Below are positions 9,410 to 18,871 of a DNA stretch of 50,866 nucleotides, piece by piece (position 1 is the stretch's first letter; each line of letters starts with the position of its first letter). The notes beneath the pieces were generated by a model. That model searched no databases. It saw only the letters and a program-made list of their open reading frames with translations, and was not told the DNA's origin. This stretch comes from a virus (Duplodnaviria; Caudoviricetes). Location: IMG/VR virus record IMGVR_UViG_3300021057_000014, positions 1-50,866 of that record; one strand, 5' to 3'. The translations under genes were made by a program, and so were the position numbers.

Positions 9410-10059
9410 TAGCCCTCCAGAATGCTCAGGATGTCCCGCTCCTGCACGATGCGGAGATCCTCCCCCCGCACCTTGAGAATCGCCCCGGCGTACCGCCGGA
9501 CGATGACTTGCTCGCCGCCGCGCAGCGCGGGCTTGAGAATCGCGCCGCTCTTGAGATTCCTGTACCCAGGGCCGACCTTGAGGACTTTCGCCGTCGCGCA
9601 CTGGGTCTTGGGATCTCCCGGCAGGTAGAGCCCGCTCCGGAGCTTGTACTCCTCGGCCACCTCCAGGACCACGCAATCCGCGCGCGGCGTGATCTCCCGG
9701 ATGTCGAGGTCCGGGGCGTCGGGGTCAAGCGCGAGGCGCGCCCAAATCCCGTGCTCCCGGATGAGCTTGTAGGCTTTCCCCTCGACCTCCAGCTCCTGCC
9801 CCATGTACTTCATGGAGAGAACGAACTCGCCGGGCTTCACGTCCAGAGGATAGACCTCGCCCGTCACGGTGTTCGTGGTCCCCTCTCCCACCTTCAAGAC
9901 CTTCCCGAAGAAGCATTCCGTCTGCTCCCCGCTCGGGAGGAAGATCCCGCCCTTCGTGCGCTCCTTCTCCAAGGTCTCGACCAGGACGTGATCCGCCGAA
10001 GGCTTGATCCCCGCGAAGTTGATCTTGACGTTCCGATCCTCGATGACGAAGCGGCTCAT
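9409..10059 (-). CDS. groES: Co-chaperonin with two tandem GroES/Cpn10 domains
   Basis: Domain 1: IKPSADHVLV..TKGGIFLP..GKVLKVGEG..VKPGE.V..KYMG. Domain 2: ITPRADCVVL..SGLYLP..KVLKVGPG..YAG..KV.G..L.IV.E.DILSILE. Confidence 0.9.
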   Translation of the reverse strand: MSRFVIEDRNVKINFAGIKPSADHVLVETLEKERTKGGIFLPSGEQTECFFGKVLKVGEGTTNTVTGEVYPLDVKPGEFVLSMKYMGQELEVEGKAYKLIREHGIWARLALDPDAPDLDIREITPRADCVVLEVAEEYKLRSGLYLPGDPKTQCATAKVLKVGPGYRNLKSGAILKPALRGGEQVIVRRYAGAILKVRGEDLRIVQERDILSILEG

Positions 10060-10925
10060 CCTTCAAACCCCCACAAATTCAGCCCCTTGAACTTGTCCGG
10101 CCCGTACCGCCGCCACATATGCTCGCACTCGGCCTTGAACCATGGCTCGTGTTCCACGCGGATGAGCGCCTTCTCGGGCGCGTTCCACCAGCCCTCTGGC
10201 ACGCGCGAGACGCGCTCGGGCGGCTGGAGGGCCTGGGAATACTTCCAGTCCACCTCGGCCACCGTCTCGCGGTTCGGCCAGCGGATGATCTCCATCATCT
10301 TGTACCAGCGGTGTTTCCAGAGGAGCCGGGTCGGAGAGGCAAACTGGAGGTGCATGACGCCGCCCTGGGCCTTCTGGGTCAGGGGACGGATGCGGCTCCC
10401 CGCTCCGTGCGGCGGGCGGTTGTGGTGCTGGTAGTTCTGGTCGCGCGGCTTCCATCCGAGGTCCGGCTTGTCCGCGAACGCGAGCGTGAGGTAGGCCGAA
10501 CTCCACACGGTCGAGTCGTCCTGGTACTCGTCCAGGCTCCGCATGGCGAGCATGGGGAGTTCGAGGAGATCGCCGGGGAGAAGTCCCTCCACCCAGGGCC
10601 GGATGCTCGGGAGGAGGTTCGCCGTCAGGATCTCGTCGGCGTCGATGACGGCGAAGTGCGTTCCCCCGAGCGCGCGCCCGTGCTCGAAGTTCAATTGCCG
10701 GACGTGCATCTCCTCCCAGTGTTCGGGAGAGTAGTCCACCGCAATCTTGATGTCCTTCCCCTTGGCCTCCGGGCTCTGGAGGAGCCGTTCGAAGATTTCG
10801 GTCGTCTGGTCCTTGCAGCGGTCGAGGTAGACCGCGAGGCCGTCGCACCACCGGAGCGCCATGCGCGCCGACGCCGCAACGATCCAGTCCTCGTCACGCA
10901 CGACCATGAGTCCGATCAGACGCAT
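10056..10925 (-). CDS. Glycosyltransferase family 2-like
   Basis: MVVRDE, D..KDQT and IDADE (DxD) motifs. Confidence 0.8.
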   Translation of the reverse strand: MRLIGLMVVRDEDWIVAASARMALRWCDGLAVYLDRCKDQTTEIFERLLQSPEAKGKDIKIAVDYSPEHWEEMHVRQLNFEHGRALGGTHFAVIDADEILTANLLPSIRPWVEGLLPGDLLELPMLAMRSLDEYQDDSTVWSSAYLTLAFADKPDLGWKPRDQNYQHHNRPPHGAGSRIRPLTQKAQGGVMHLQFASPTRLLWKHRWYKMMEIIRWPNRETVAEVDWKYSQALQPPERVSRVPEGWWNAPEKALIRVEHEPWFKAECEHMWRRYGPDKFKGLNLWGFEG

Positions 10926-11872
10926 CTCGCAGTTCCCTCCACGCTCCCCGTCCGCGCGAAATACTCCCGGTACCACGCAATCGTTTTCGCCAGCCCTTCC
11001 TCCAAGGTGTGCCGGGGCGTCCAGCCCAGGACACGCTCGGCGAGGGAGGAGTCGGCCCACTGATCCACGATCTCGCCCTTGGTGTCCGGCTCGTCGATGG
11101 GTTCGAGGTCCGACCCCATGAGGCGCAGGATCATCGCCATCACCTCGCGCACGGGCACCCCTCGCCCGCTCCCGAAGTTCATCGCCCCCACGTAGTCGCT
11201 CTCCGCGAGCTTGAGGTACGCCTCTACCGCGTCCTCGATGTAGAGCCAGTCTCGGCGCATGGTCCCGCCCTGGCGGATGATCGGGCGCTCTCCGCAGAGC
11301 ACCCGCCGGATGGTGTTGGGCACGAGCGTCGAGAGCGTGAAGCACGCGGGGCCGTAGAGGTTGACGCATCGGGTCGTCGCTATCGACATCCCGTAGCTGG
11401 AGGCGTAGGTCTTGGAGACGATATCCACACACGCCTTGCTTGCCTCGTAAGGCCGGTCCGGGAGGAGCGGGGTATCTTCCCGGTACGGCGGCGCGCTCCG
11501 TCCATACGCCTTGTCGCTGGAGGCGACGACGACGCGCTTCACCTTCTGGCGACGGCACGCTTCCAGGAGGTTCCAGGTCCCCCGGACGTTCGCCTCCAGC
11601 GTCCCCACGGGGTCGGAGACGCCCACGCCCATCTCCGTCTGGGCGGCGAGGTGGAACACCGTGTCGATCTGGTACTCGGCGAGAATGCGCTCCAGGCTCG
11701 GGAGGTGTCCGAGGTCCCCGAAGCAAAGCGTCGCCGGGAAGTCCGGCTTCCCCGACCACGCGACGAGCTGGGTGGGCACGTCCCGCACGAGGGCTATCGT
11801 CGGCACCCGGAGCGCGCGGACGAGATGGGAGCCCAGGAAGCCCGTGATCCCCGTGACGAACGCGCGCTTCAC
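10916..11872 (-). CDS. NAD-dependent nucleotide-sugar epimerase/4,6-dehydratase
   Basis: GITGFLGS Rossmann motif, FHLAAQ, ASSDKAYG, YEASK (YxxxK) and NLYGP. Confidence 0.92.
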   Translation of the reverse strand: MKRAFVTGITGFLGSHLVRALRVPTIALVRDVPTQLVAWSGKPDFPATLCFGDLGHLPSLERILAEYQIDTVFHLAAQTEMGVGVSDPVGTLEANVRGTWNLLEACRRQKVKRVVVASSDKAYGRSAPPYREDTPLLPDRPYEASKACVDIVSKTYASSYGMSIATTRCVNLYGPACFTLSTLVPNTIRRVLCGERPIIRQGGTMRRDWLYIEDAVEAYLKLAESDYVGAMNFGSGRGVPVREVMAMILRLMGSDLEPIDEPDTKGEIVDQWADSSLAERVLGWTPRHTLEEGLAKTIAWYREYFARTGSVEGTARCV

Positions 11873-12501
11873 ATGACCCCCACTTTCTTGACGAAGACCG
11901 AATCCCACCAGTTCTCACCTGCGCAGTATCGCGCATCCTTCTCGTGCCGCACGACGTCGTACCACTGGGAGAGGTGCTCCACGACCCGCGCGATGGCCTC
12001 GTCTCCTCGGCGCGCGGGCGTATGCTCGTGGAAGCTCACCACAATCTGACGGGCCACCGGCCCCGGCCATGCGGAGAGGATGTCGTACTCCGCGCCCTCG
12101 CAGTTAAGCTTTACGAGATCGAATCCGCTCAGGCTGTACCGCCGCATGAGCGTTTCGAGGTCGATGGCCTCCACGGGCTCGGGGAGGACGGGCTCGTTGT
12201 CGGGCCGCTCCAGGAGCCGATTTGCCTCCTTGTCGGCGTAGTCGGTGAGCCAGTAGCGTCCGGGCTTCGCCGAGAGCGCCGCGCGGAGGAAGATGATCCC
12301 GGCGTTGTTCCCCGGGTCTTCGATGTCCGGCGCGGGGTCCATCGCGTACACGATGTGCCCCATGCCTCCCTCGAAGGCGCGATGCTTGGCGAGAGCGTGA
12401 GCAAACCGGAAGCCCCGGCAGCCGACGTCGAGCACCGGCCCGCCCGTGAGCGCCGGGAAACACACGGAATGGTTGTCTACGACGGTCAGCGTTCTATCCA
12501 T
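11869..12501 (-). CDS. FkbM-family methyltransferase
   Basis: LDVGCRG, KLNCEGAEYDIL and SFH motifs. Confidence 0.85.
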   Translation of the reverse strand: MDRTLTVVDNHSVCFPALTGGPVLDVGCRGFRFAHALAKHRAFEGGMGHIVYAMDPAPDIEDPGNNAGIIFLRAALSAKPGRYWLTDYADKEANRLLERPDNEPVLPEPVEAIDLETLMRRYSLSGFDLVKLNCEGAEYDILSAWPGPVARQIVVSFHEHTPARRGDEAIARVVEHLSQWYDVVRHEKDARYCAGENWWDSVFVKKVGVM

Positions 12502-12502
12502 G

Positions 12503-13225
12503 TCAATAGGTCTTCATCATGGTTTGCCATTCGGCGATGCTGAGGCCCGTCATACCCAGCCGATCCATCATCAAACTGAAGCATGCCTCGTCCGACCGAT
12601 GCCCCTTGCAGCGCGGGTCGGTCGAGATCACCGCGTTGTCGGCGTCGGAGCGGAGGATCGAGCGCATGACGCCGTTCTGGTTCTCCTGCTCGGTGTGGTG
12701 GCCCATGAAGAGGCTCGTCGTCCGGGCCAACTCCCCCCACCACTGGAGGAAGTGCTTCCCGAGCGGATGCTCCACATCCAAGCCCACGAGGCACCCGCCC
12801 GCGAGCTTGAGCCCCGCCGCGTAATCGCGCGTGACCCCGAAGTGCGCGAGGGCTTGGTCGCTGATCCAGGCGGCGAGGCAGTCGTCCCCCGAGAGGAGCG
12901 CATAGCCGTTGTGCGCGATCCGTTCCCAGAGGGGGTCAATGGGAGCCAGCGCGCAGCTCCCCGCGTCGAGCCACATGACGTGCTGGAAGCCACGCCGGAC
13001 CGCGTCGGCCACGGCGTAGTACTTGAAAGCATAATGGAGCTTGTTGTGGGACGGCGACTCGGGAGGCCAGGACTCGCGCCAGATGATCCGGGGTACACCG
13101 GGAGAGAACTTGTCCAGGCTCTCCTCCAGGCGGTCGGCGTATTTTGCGTAATACTTTCCCCGCGCCTCGGAGTAGCAGCACGAGACGATGACGCGCTTCG
13201 GGCTCACGGCGACACCCTCGGCCAC
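12503..13225 (-). CDS. Putative glycosyltransferase (GT-A-like)
   Basis: YAFKYYAV, VMWLDA and C-terminal GHRSD motifs; cluster context. Confidence 0.65.
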   Translation of the reverse strand: MAEGVAVSPKRVIVSCCYSEARGKYYAKYADRLEESLDKFSPGVPRIIWRESWPPESPSHNKLHYAFKYYAVADAVRRGFQHVMWLDAGSCALAPIDPLWERIAHNGYALLSGDDCLAAWISDQALAHFGVTRDYAAGLKLAGGCLVGLDVEHPLGKHFLQWWGELARTTSLFMGHHTEQENQNGVMRSILRSDADNAVISTDPRCKGHRSDEACFSLMMDRLGMTGLSIAEWQTMMKTY

Positions 13226-13848
13226 TCGCGGTTGACCCAGATCCGCCCGGACTCGGGCCAGTAGCTCCGGCCCTTCGTGATCTCGTGGGATTCGCGCGTC
13301 CCCTCCTCGTCCAGCGTGAACCCCGCGCTCCGCATCTTCTCCGCCCAGTACTCCACGGGCTTGTTGTTGACGTGGTGCCAGCCGCTATGCCCCATCTCCT
13401 CCGTGCCGTGGCAAAGGGCGACCCGCTTCGCGGGCTTGAACGTATCCAGGAGGTGCGGGACGAACTCCTCGTTGATGTGCTCCACGACGTCGCAGCACCA
13501 GAGGAAATCGATCCCCTCCACGCGCACGGGGCCGGTATGCAGGTCGTGGACGATGACGGGGACGCCGCACCGCAGGGCGTTCTGCCAGAGGCCCTCGATG
13601 CCCAGCACCTTGACCCCCTGGCTCTGGAAGAACCGGAGCGCGTGACCCTCCGCGCAGCCGACATCGAGGAGGTACTGGATCTGGTACTTCGTGACCAGCC
13701 AGGGCCAGAGATCCGCCGAGTAGTCCGTCCCCTGGTCGCCCCCGCGCATATTCCCGCCCATATGGGGACGCTGGGGGTCCACGACGAACGGACACCCTCC
13801 CATGAGGTCGAGCGTGAACGTCCCGTCGCCGTTGTCGATGTTCGCCAT
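13204..13848 (-). CDS. Class I SAM-dependent methyltransferase
   Basis: LDVGCAEG, CCDVVEHI and GWHHVN..P.EYW motifs. Confidence 0.85.
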   Translation of the reverse strand: MANIDNGDGTFTLDLMGGCPFVVDPQRPHMGGNMRGGDQGTDYSADLWPWLVTKYQIQYLLDVGCAEGHALRFFQSQGVKVLGIEGLWQNALRCGVPVIVHDLHTGPVRVEGIDFLWCCDVVEHINEEFVPHLLDTFKPAKRVALCHGTEEMGHSGWHHVNNKPVEYWAEKMRSAGFTLDEEGTRESHEITKGRSYWPESGRIWVNREWPRVSP

Positions 13849-14357
13849 TAGAGCGTGAACTCCTCGACGTCCGAGTAGACCGTCGTCCAGGGCCGGATGC
13901 CCGTAAAGGTGGACTGGTACTTGAAAAGGCCGTCGAGTTCCGCCCAGCCGTAGTCCCCGGCGGCGGGCCGGATGTCGGCCTCCGTGTCATGGCAGACGAT
14001 GAAATGCGCGCGGCCCTTGAGACGCTTAGCGAGGCGGGGCCGGTGGTGCGGGCGCTGGCTCGCATCCATCGAGCAATCGATGAACGCTACGCCGTAGTTG
14101 CCGTAGAATTCGGCCTCCTCCCAATCGGTGACGTGGCGCATGAGGTGCATCTCGCTCTTGAACTGGGACATCACCTCCAGCCATTCCCGATCCGTCTCGT
14201 AGCTGACGAGGGCGCGCTTCCATTGACACATCCAATGAAGGAGCGGCGTACTCCACCAGCCTGTGCCAAGTTCGATGACCGGTCCCTCCGTCCGCGCCAC
14301 CGCAGCGGCGAGGATGGGGACGTGCGAGCCCACGCCGAGGTCAATCGGGTTACGCAT
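13848..14357 (-). CDS. Class I SAM-dependent methyltransferase-like
   Basis: VIELGTGWWST, SYETDREW, FID and VCHDT motifs. Confidence 0.75.
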   Translation of the reverse strand: MRNPIDLGVGSHVPILAAAVARTEGPVIELGTGWWSTPLLHWMCQWKRALVSYETDREWLEVMSQFKSEMHLMRHVTDWEEAEFYGNYGVAFIDCSMDASQRPHHRPRLAKRLKGRAHFIVCHDTEADIRPAAGDYGWAELDGLFKYQSTFTGIRPWTTVYSDVEEFTL

Positions 14358-14601
14358 CCTTCGGGCTCCACTGCCCCAACTCGTTGCCCTGCTTCACGAA
14401 AGGGACAAACGTAAGGGGGCACTGAGCATCCTGGAGAACGTGCAGATCCAGGCTCCCGAGCACCTGAAGATCCTCAACCTTGTCCCACACCTTCACGACC
14501 ACGGCGGGCAGGACGGGACGATGACCTTTATCGTGAAATCGAGGGTCATCGATGCGCGGGTGGTACAGCACGATGTCGCCGACGTTGGCCTTCACGGACA
14601 T
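14350..14601 (-). CDS. Hypothetical phage protein
   Basis: 83 aa; VGDIVLY...PAVVVKV pattern; GGAGG SD region. Confidence 0.65.
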   Translation of the reverse strand: MSVKANVGDIVLYHPRIDDPRFHDKGHRPVLPAVVVKVWDKVEDLQVLGSLDLHVLQDAQCPLTFVPFVKQGNELGQWSPKDA

Positions 14602-15074
14602 GAGACCTCCCTCTCGATCTTATTGAGCATCGCGAATTCGCCGAACAGCTTGACCGCCTCTCGGTTGTAGGCTTCGGCTGCTTCCTCTTCAGTCTGGAAG
14701 CATCCGATGTGAATGAGCTTCTGGTTGACCTTTATCCGGGCCACCCACTTGCTGTAATCGGAGTGCCAGCGGACACCCTTGTATCTGGAGGAGTGCTTCT
14801 GGGGTCTCCTATTCATCGCATTCTGAGCGGGGGTACAGAGACGAAGGTTTGACCTCCTGTTATCCAGTCCGTTTCCGTTCTTGTGGTCAATGGGTTGCCG
14901 CGCGTTTGCTTGGATAAGAGCCCGATGCATAGTGACCCGCCGACCGCCAATCCACGCCCTTGCGTACCAACGCCCCCTGTTGAACATGGCTTGCCACTTG
15001 AACTGCGACAGGAACGGATAGTCGGAGTCATCGACGATGGCCGTTTTCCCCTGAGTAAGCGGAATCTGCATCAT
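14592..15074 (-). CDS. HNH homing endonuclease with AP2 domain
   Basis: IPLTQGK.AIVD..D, MHR, DHKNGNGLDNRRSNLR, SSRYKGV.W and AAEAYN..A..LFGEFA.LN. Confidence 0.92.
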   Translation of the reverse strand: MMQIPLTQGKTAIVDDSDYPFLSQFKWQAMFNRGRWYARAWIGGRRVTMHRALIQANARQPIDHKNGNGLDNRRSNLRLCTPAQNAMNRRPQKHSSRYKGVRWHSDYSKWVARIKVNQKLIHIGCFQTEEEAAEAYNREAVKLFGEFAMLNKIEREVSCP

Positions 15075-15916
15075 TGGCCTTCGTACCTCACCTTCCGGTA
15101 CGTCTTGAGGTAGCCGTTGATCCACTCCATCTTGTCCGGGAGGAAGTGCTCAAGGATCGGCTTGATCTTCCGCCAGTTGTCGGGGATCGCACCGGGGCGG
15201 ATCAGGTGCGTATCGACCAGCGGCTTAGACCAGTCAATCACGTCCGGCCAGCATCCCCGATCGATGCGGTCGTGCGGGGGTTGGCCCTGGCGAGGGATCA
15301 TCTGGCATCGAGAGGGGTAGCCCTCCCAGCCCATAAGACGCGAATTGAAGTACAGCTCGTCCGTCCACCACGCCGTCCAGCTATCGTGATACCGCCCCAG
15401 ATGACGGTCGAAATTCGCTTGGAGTTGGGAGGCAATCTCACCCGTGACCTTGAGCCCCATGACTTCTCGCCACATCTTCACCGTTGCAGCAACGTAGGGC
15501 GTGCAGTGGAAAGGCGGGTACTTCTCCCCATAGGCATTCGAGTAGTAGAGCGTAAAGGCCCACCTCTCCGGATCGTGCTGGTGGAACCAATCACGCTGAA
15601 AGGGCCACATGTCGATATCACCTGTCACGAGCACGTCGGACTCGGGAAGGTCGAGGGCCGAGACATGCTGGCGCGACGATTGGGCAACCTGTCCGGACTG
15701 GTAGCCCTCAACTGGCCCGATGAAGTGGACGTGAGCGCCTACCTCCTCCAGCGCCTTGCGGACGACGCCCCCGGAGCCGCTCTCCCACTCTGCGCTCGTC
15801 CCCGTCAGAAGGACGAGCGTCTCCATGTCCCCGACGTGCCGCCACATCAAAGTCGTGAGCGGCGCGAAGAAGTCATACGAATGGTTCTGGTTGGTCGCAA
15901 TCACGGCGTAGTTCAT
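15071..15916 (-). CDS. Putative glycosyltransferase (GT-A-like)
   Basis: YDFFAP..W, AQ.SR, TGDIDM (DxD), W.TDE and RIDR motifs. Confidence 0.65.
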   Translation of the reverse strand: MNYAVIATNQNHSYDFFAPLTTLMWRHVGDMETLVLLTGTSAEWESGSGGVVRKALEEVGAHVHFIGPVEGYQSGQVAQSSRQHVSALDLPESDVLVTGDIDMWPFQRDWFHQHDPERWAFTLYYSNAYGEKYPPFHCTPYVAATVKMWREVMGLKVTGEIASQLQANFDRHLGRYHDSWTAWWTDELYFNSRLMGWEGYPSRCQMIPRQGQPPHDRIDRGCWPDVIDWSKPLVDTHLIRPGAIPDNWRKIKPILEHFLPDKMEWINGYLKTYRKVRYEGQ

Positions 15917-16689
15917 GCAGCCTCGCATTCCTTGATCGCATCGAGCACCGGACAGTACTCGGGATGCTCGTTGAACCAGTCCACGACGGGCTGTACATGA
16001 AAGGCCCCGCCCGTGTGCGATATGAGGAAATCAATCGGATGTTCCTTGGGGCCGAGAGATTCCTTGTCCTCGCTGGCGACGAGCTGTCCCTGGCCCGCCA
16101 GCGGGTACACCTCGGCGTTGAGGAGGAGTTGGTCCGCCCCGTGGACGTTGAGATCGATCCCGTGGCGCGTCGCGCGCCCGACGAACGTCTGCCAGTCCGG
16201 GATACGCTCGCGCATCCACTCGCAGTCAAAGCCCACCATCCCGCCCATGAGGGCGGTTGCGCTATGGGATACGCTGTCGTGGAGCGCGGAGACGGGCTTC
16301 TCGCTCTCGATCCAGCGCCCGATGGCTTTGCGCTCCCGAGGGGTCGGGAAACTGTCCACGTCGCGGCAGAGGACGAGCGAGACGTCGAGGTTCCAGACGG
16401 GAATCATGCGCCAGAGCATCGAGCCGCAAAGGGTTTCGGCCTTCCCCACGTAGAGGAGCCGGAAGAGCCCGCGCTCGGCCATGCGCTCCATGGCCTTCCA
16501 GTACGGGTATTGCGTCACCCGGTCGTCGTGGTGAATCCACATCTCCCAGTCGGGGAAAACGGCGTGATGGCCGCGCACGATCGCCCGGATGTAGTTCACG
16601 AAGAACTTGCCCTGAGCTTCCCCGCAGCGGGGGCTTTCGTAGGCACTGGCCGAGTGCCGGAAGAAGGCGTAGGAGATGACGCGCTTCAC
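15913..16689 (-). CDS. Putative glycosyltransferase-like protein
   Basis: KRVISYA, MLWRM.P, CRDVDS, RE..A...W, MGGM and DQ.LL motifs. Confidence 0.65.
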   Translation of the reverse strand: MKRVISYAFFRHSASAYESPRCGEAQGKFFVNYIRAIVRGHHAVFPDWEMWIHHDDRVTQYPYWKAMERMAERGLFRLLYVGKAETLCGSMLWRMIPVWNLDVSLVLCRDVDSFPTPRERKAIGRWIESEKPVSALHDSVSHSATALMGGMVGFDCEWMRERIPDWQTFVGRATRHGIDLNVHGADQLLLNAEVYPLAGQGQLVASEDKESLGPKEHPIDFLISHTGGAFHVQPVVDWFNEHPEYCPVLDAIKECEAA

Positions 16690-17201
16690 GGCAGCCTCGC
16701 CACAAGGATGTCGTCGGCCTGATAGCCCAGGTCGTAGCTGATGACGTAGTTCGGATCGACGCGCTTTACGGCGTCGATGACCTGCTGCTCGGTGATGCGC
16801 CAAGTGCCGTCCCGGAAGAGGCGCATATCGTCAATGAGGATGACGGAGGGGGCCTTCCCCCTTTCCAGGAGGTGCAGCTCCGTCAGGACCGGAGAATGGC
16901 TTTCGGTATGAGCGTCGAGGAGGAGGACGACGGGCGTGGTAACGCGCAGGAATACGCCGTCGGCAAGGAACTCCTCCGAGGTCTCGTAGAAGAGGTGGAC
17001 ATGAATCGCCCGCTCGCGCAACGCATCCTCAATGTGCTGCTGGGCCAAGGCGTAGAAGATCCAATCCGACTCGCAGGACATGACGCTCCCGGCCCCCAGC
17101 TCCACCGCGCGGATGCACGTATCCCCCCAGCGCGTCCCGGTCTCCACGAAGCGACATCGCGGCGTGATGTACTTCGCCAGCGTCTCTCTCGGGATGCTCA
17201 T
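16686..17201 (-). CDS. SAM-dependent methyltransferase-like protein
   Basis: FVETGT.WGD, LDAH and ILIDDMRLF motifs. Confidence 0.75.
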   Translation of the reverse strand: MSIPRETLAKYITPRCRFVETGTRWGDTCIRAVELGAGSVMSCESDWIFYALAQQHIEDALRERAIHVHLFYETSEEFLADGVFLRVTTPVVLLLDAHTESHSPVLTELHLLERGKAPSVILIDDMRLFRDGTWRITEQQVIDAVKRVDPNYVISYDLGYQADDILVARLP

Positions 17202-17974
17202 TTCAGCCCCACGTAATCGGGAGACTTGATGGGACACGCCGCCCAGAGCGCCGCCGGGTCGTAGGTGGCGACCTTGTAATGCTGCTCCCAAAAGTCGTGT
17301 CCCTTGAAGACCTCTTCCCGGCAGTCCACGGGGCGCGCCCACTCGCCCACCTTGAGCTTGCCGACCGTCTGGAGGTGGTCCACGTACTTCATGCCGTCCC
17401 CGCCGATGGAGTCCGAGAACTGCGCCCAGGCGCACGGGATCTTGTAGGCGTCGGCCACGATGAGACCGTGGAGCGAGGAGGAGACGACCGCCCGAGCCGA
17501 AGAGATGGCGAAGACCACCTCCTCGACGGGACGGAGGGGATTCACGACCCGGTATTCCGGCTTGTCCCTGTAGACGCACCAGACCCGGTAGTAATCGACG
17601 TAGTGCGGGACGATGGCGACGACGTTGTTGGGCTTGGGCTTGGGCAAGAAGTACGGGAGGCAGAGCGCGGGATCGCCGTAGACCTCGGGGACGTCCGCTC
17701 CGCACATCCGCGCGCGGAAGGCCGAGAGCGGCCCGCGCACGGCGAGGATCTTCGCCTTAGGGTTCACCTGATCGGTGATGCTCCCGAGACCCGCGCCCCA
17801 CACGACCGCGTGCTCATTCGCCCAGTTGAGGATCGAGCCCACCCACACGTCGTGAGAGAACGTGACGTCGTGGTTCACCCAAATGGGCGGCTCGCCCGTG
17901 AGCTTCTCGATCATCCAGGGCGTGAGCACGTCCCCGAAGTTGAGACTCATACAAAAATAGGCGCTATGTCTCAT
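17198..17974 (-). CDS. Polysaccharide pyruvyl transferase family protein
   Basis: NFGD, GSIL, VWGAG, AVRGPLS, GDPAL, IVPHY and SSSLHGLIVADAY. Confidence 0.9.
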   Translation of the reverse strand: MRHSAYFCMSLNFGDVLTPWMIEKLTGEPPIWVNHDVTFSHDVWVGSILNWANEHAVVWGAGLGSITDQVNPKAKILAVRGPLSAFRARMCGADVPEVYGDPALCLPYFLPKPKPNNVVAIVPHYVDYYRVWCVYRDKPEYRVVNPLRPVEEVVFAISSARAVVSSSLHGLIVADAYKIPCAWAQFSDSIGGDGMKYVDHLQTVGKLKVGEWARPVDCREEVFKGHDFWEQHYKVATYDPAALWAACPIKSPDYVGLK

Positions 17975-18627
17975 GCGGGAAACCCTGCGGCCTTTCGCTG
18001 GAGGAAGAGTTGCCGGTCGGCCTCGTCGCGTCCGCTCGGGCGCTCGTGGTACTTCTGCTGAGGCAGCCAGCCCCACGTATAATGCCGGTGGAACTGCATG
18101 AGGTCCGGCCTCCACCAGAGGACGCCCAGGCGCTCCGCGACCTCCTTCAAGTCCTCGTCGCCCCAGAGGTGGAAATACTCGCCCGGCGTCGGTCCGCGCC
18201 CGCCGTAGCTCTCCCGGACCCAGCGGCGACCGAACCAAGCCGAGCCGCAAATTCTCGCGGCGGCGGGCCTCCCCGAAGCGTCCACGCCCTGCATATCCCC
18301 GCACGGCTGCATCACGCCGTAGCCGTCCGGGAAGCGTTCGAGGTACTGAGCGCCGATCTCCTGGGCGGTGTGGTTCGGATCGGGGTCCATGTCGTCGCCC
18401 GCGAAGAGGCAGACGTCCGCTCCGAGCGAGAGCGCCATCTGAGCGAGCGCGTTGCACGCATTCCAAACGCCGGGGTACGGGGCGCGCACCACGACGTCAA
18501 CGCCCTCGACGTCCCGCGAGCCGGGGTCCTGGAACGTCGCCATCGCGTAGCCCTTGGCCTTCCACTTGGCAACGGTGGCGTCGGTGTGCGGCGCGCAGGC
18601 GGTGGGCATGAGGACGAAGACTTTCAC
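17971..18627 (-). CDS. Glycosyltransferase family 2-like
   Basis: VLMPT, ACN, GDDMDP and Y.H.W.DEDL motifs. Confidence 0.7.
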   Translation of the reverse strand: MKVFVLMPTACAPHTDATVAKWKAKGYAMATFQDPGSRDVEGVDVVVRAPYPGVWNACNALAQMALSLGADVCLFAGDDMDPDPNHTAQEIGAQYLERFPDGYGVMQPCGDMQGVDASGRPAAARICGSAWFGRRWVRESYGGRGPTPGEYFHLWGDEDLKEVAERLGVLWWRPDLMQFHRHYTWGWLPQQKYHERPSGRDEADRQLFLQRKAAGFPA

Positions 18628-18718
18628 CGGAGCACCTCGACGTCGGCATAGAGGAAATCCACGCGCGCGCGATCCTTCGGGCGCACCCGCTTCTTGGGCT
18701 TCCTCGGCTTCCCCTTCT

Positions 18719-18871
18719 TCACCGGCGCTTTCCCTTCTCGACCGTCGTGTTGGGATCGAACGCGAAGTCGTAGAAACACCCGTGGATCTTCCGGGCGACG
18801 AGCGCGGCCCCGCACGCGGCGCAGCGGTACGGAATCGCCCTCTCCCCCTTCCCCTTTTTCGCCCGCTTCAC
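18719..18871 (-). CDS. Small basic Cys-containing protein (50 aa)
   Basis: GTG start overlapping the upstream stop; CAAC motif. Confidence 0.45.
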   Translation of the reverse strand: MKRAKKGKGERAIPYRCAACGAALVARKIHGCFYDFAFDPNTTVEKGKRR

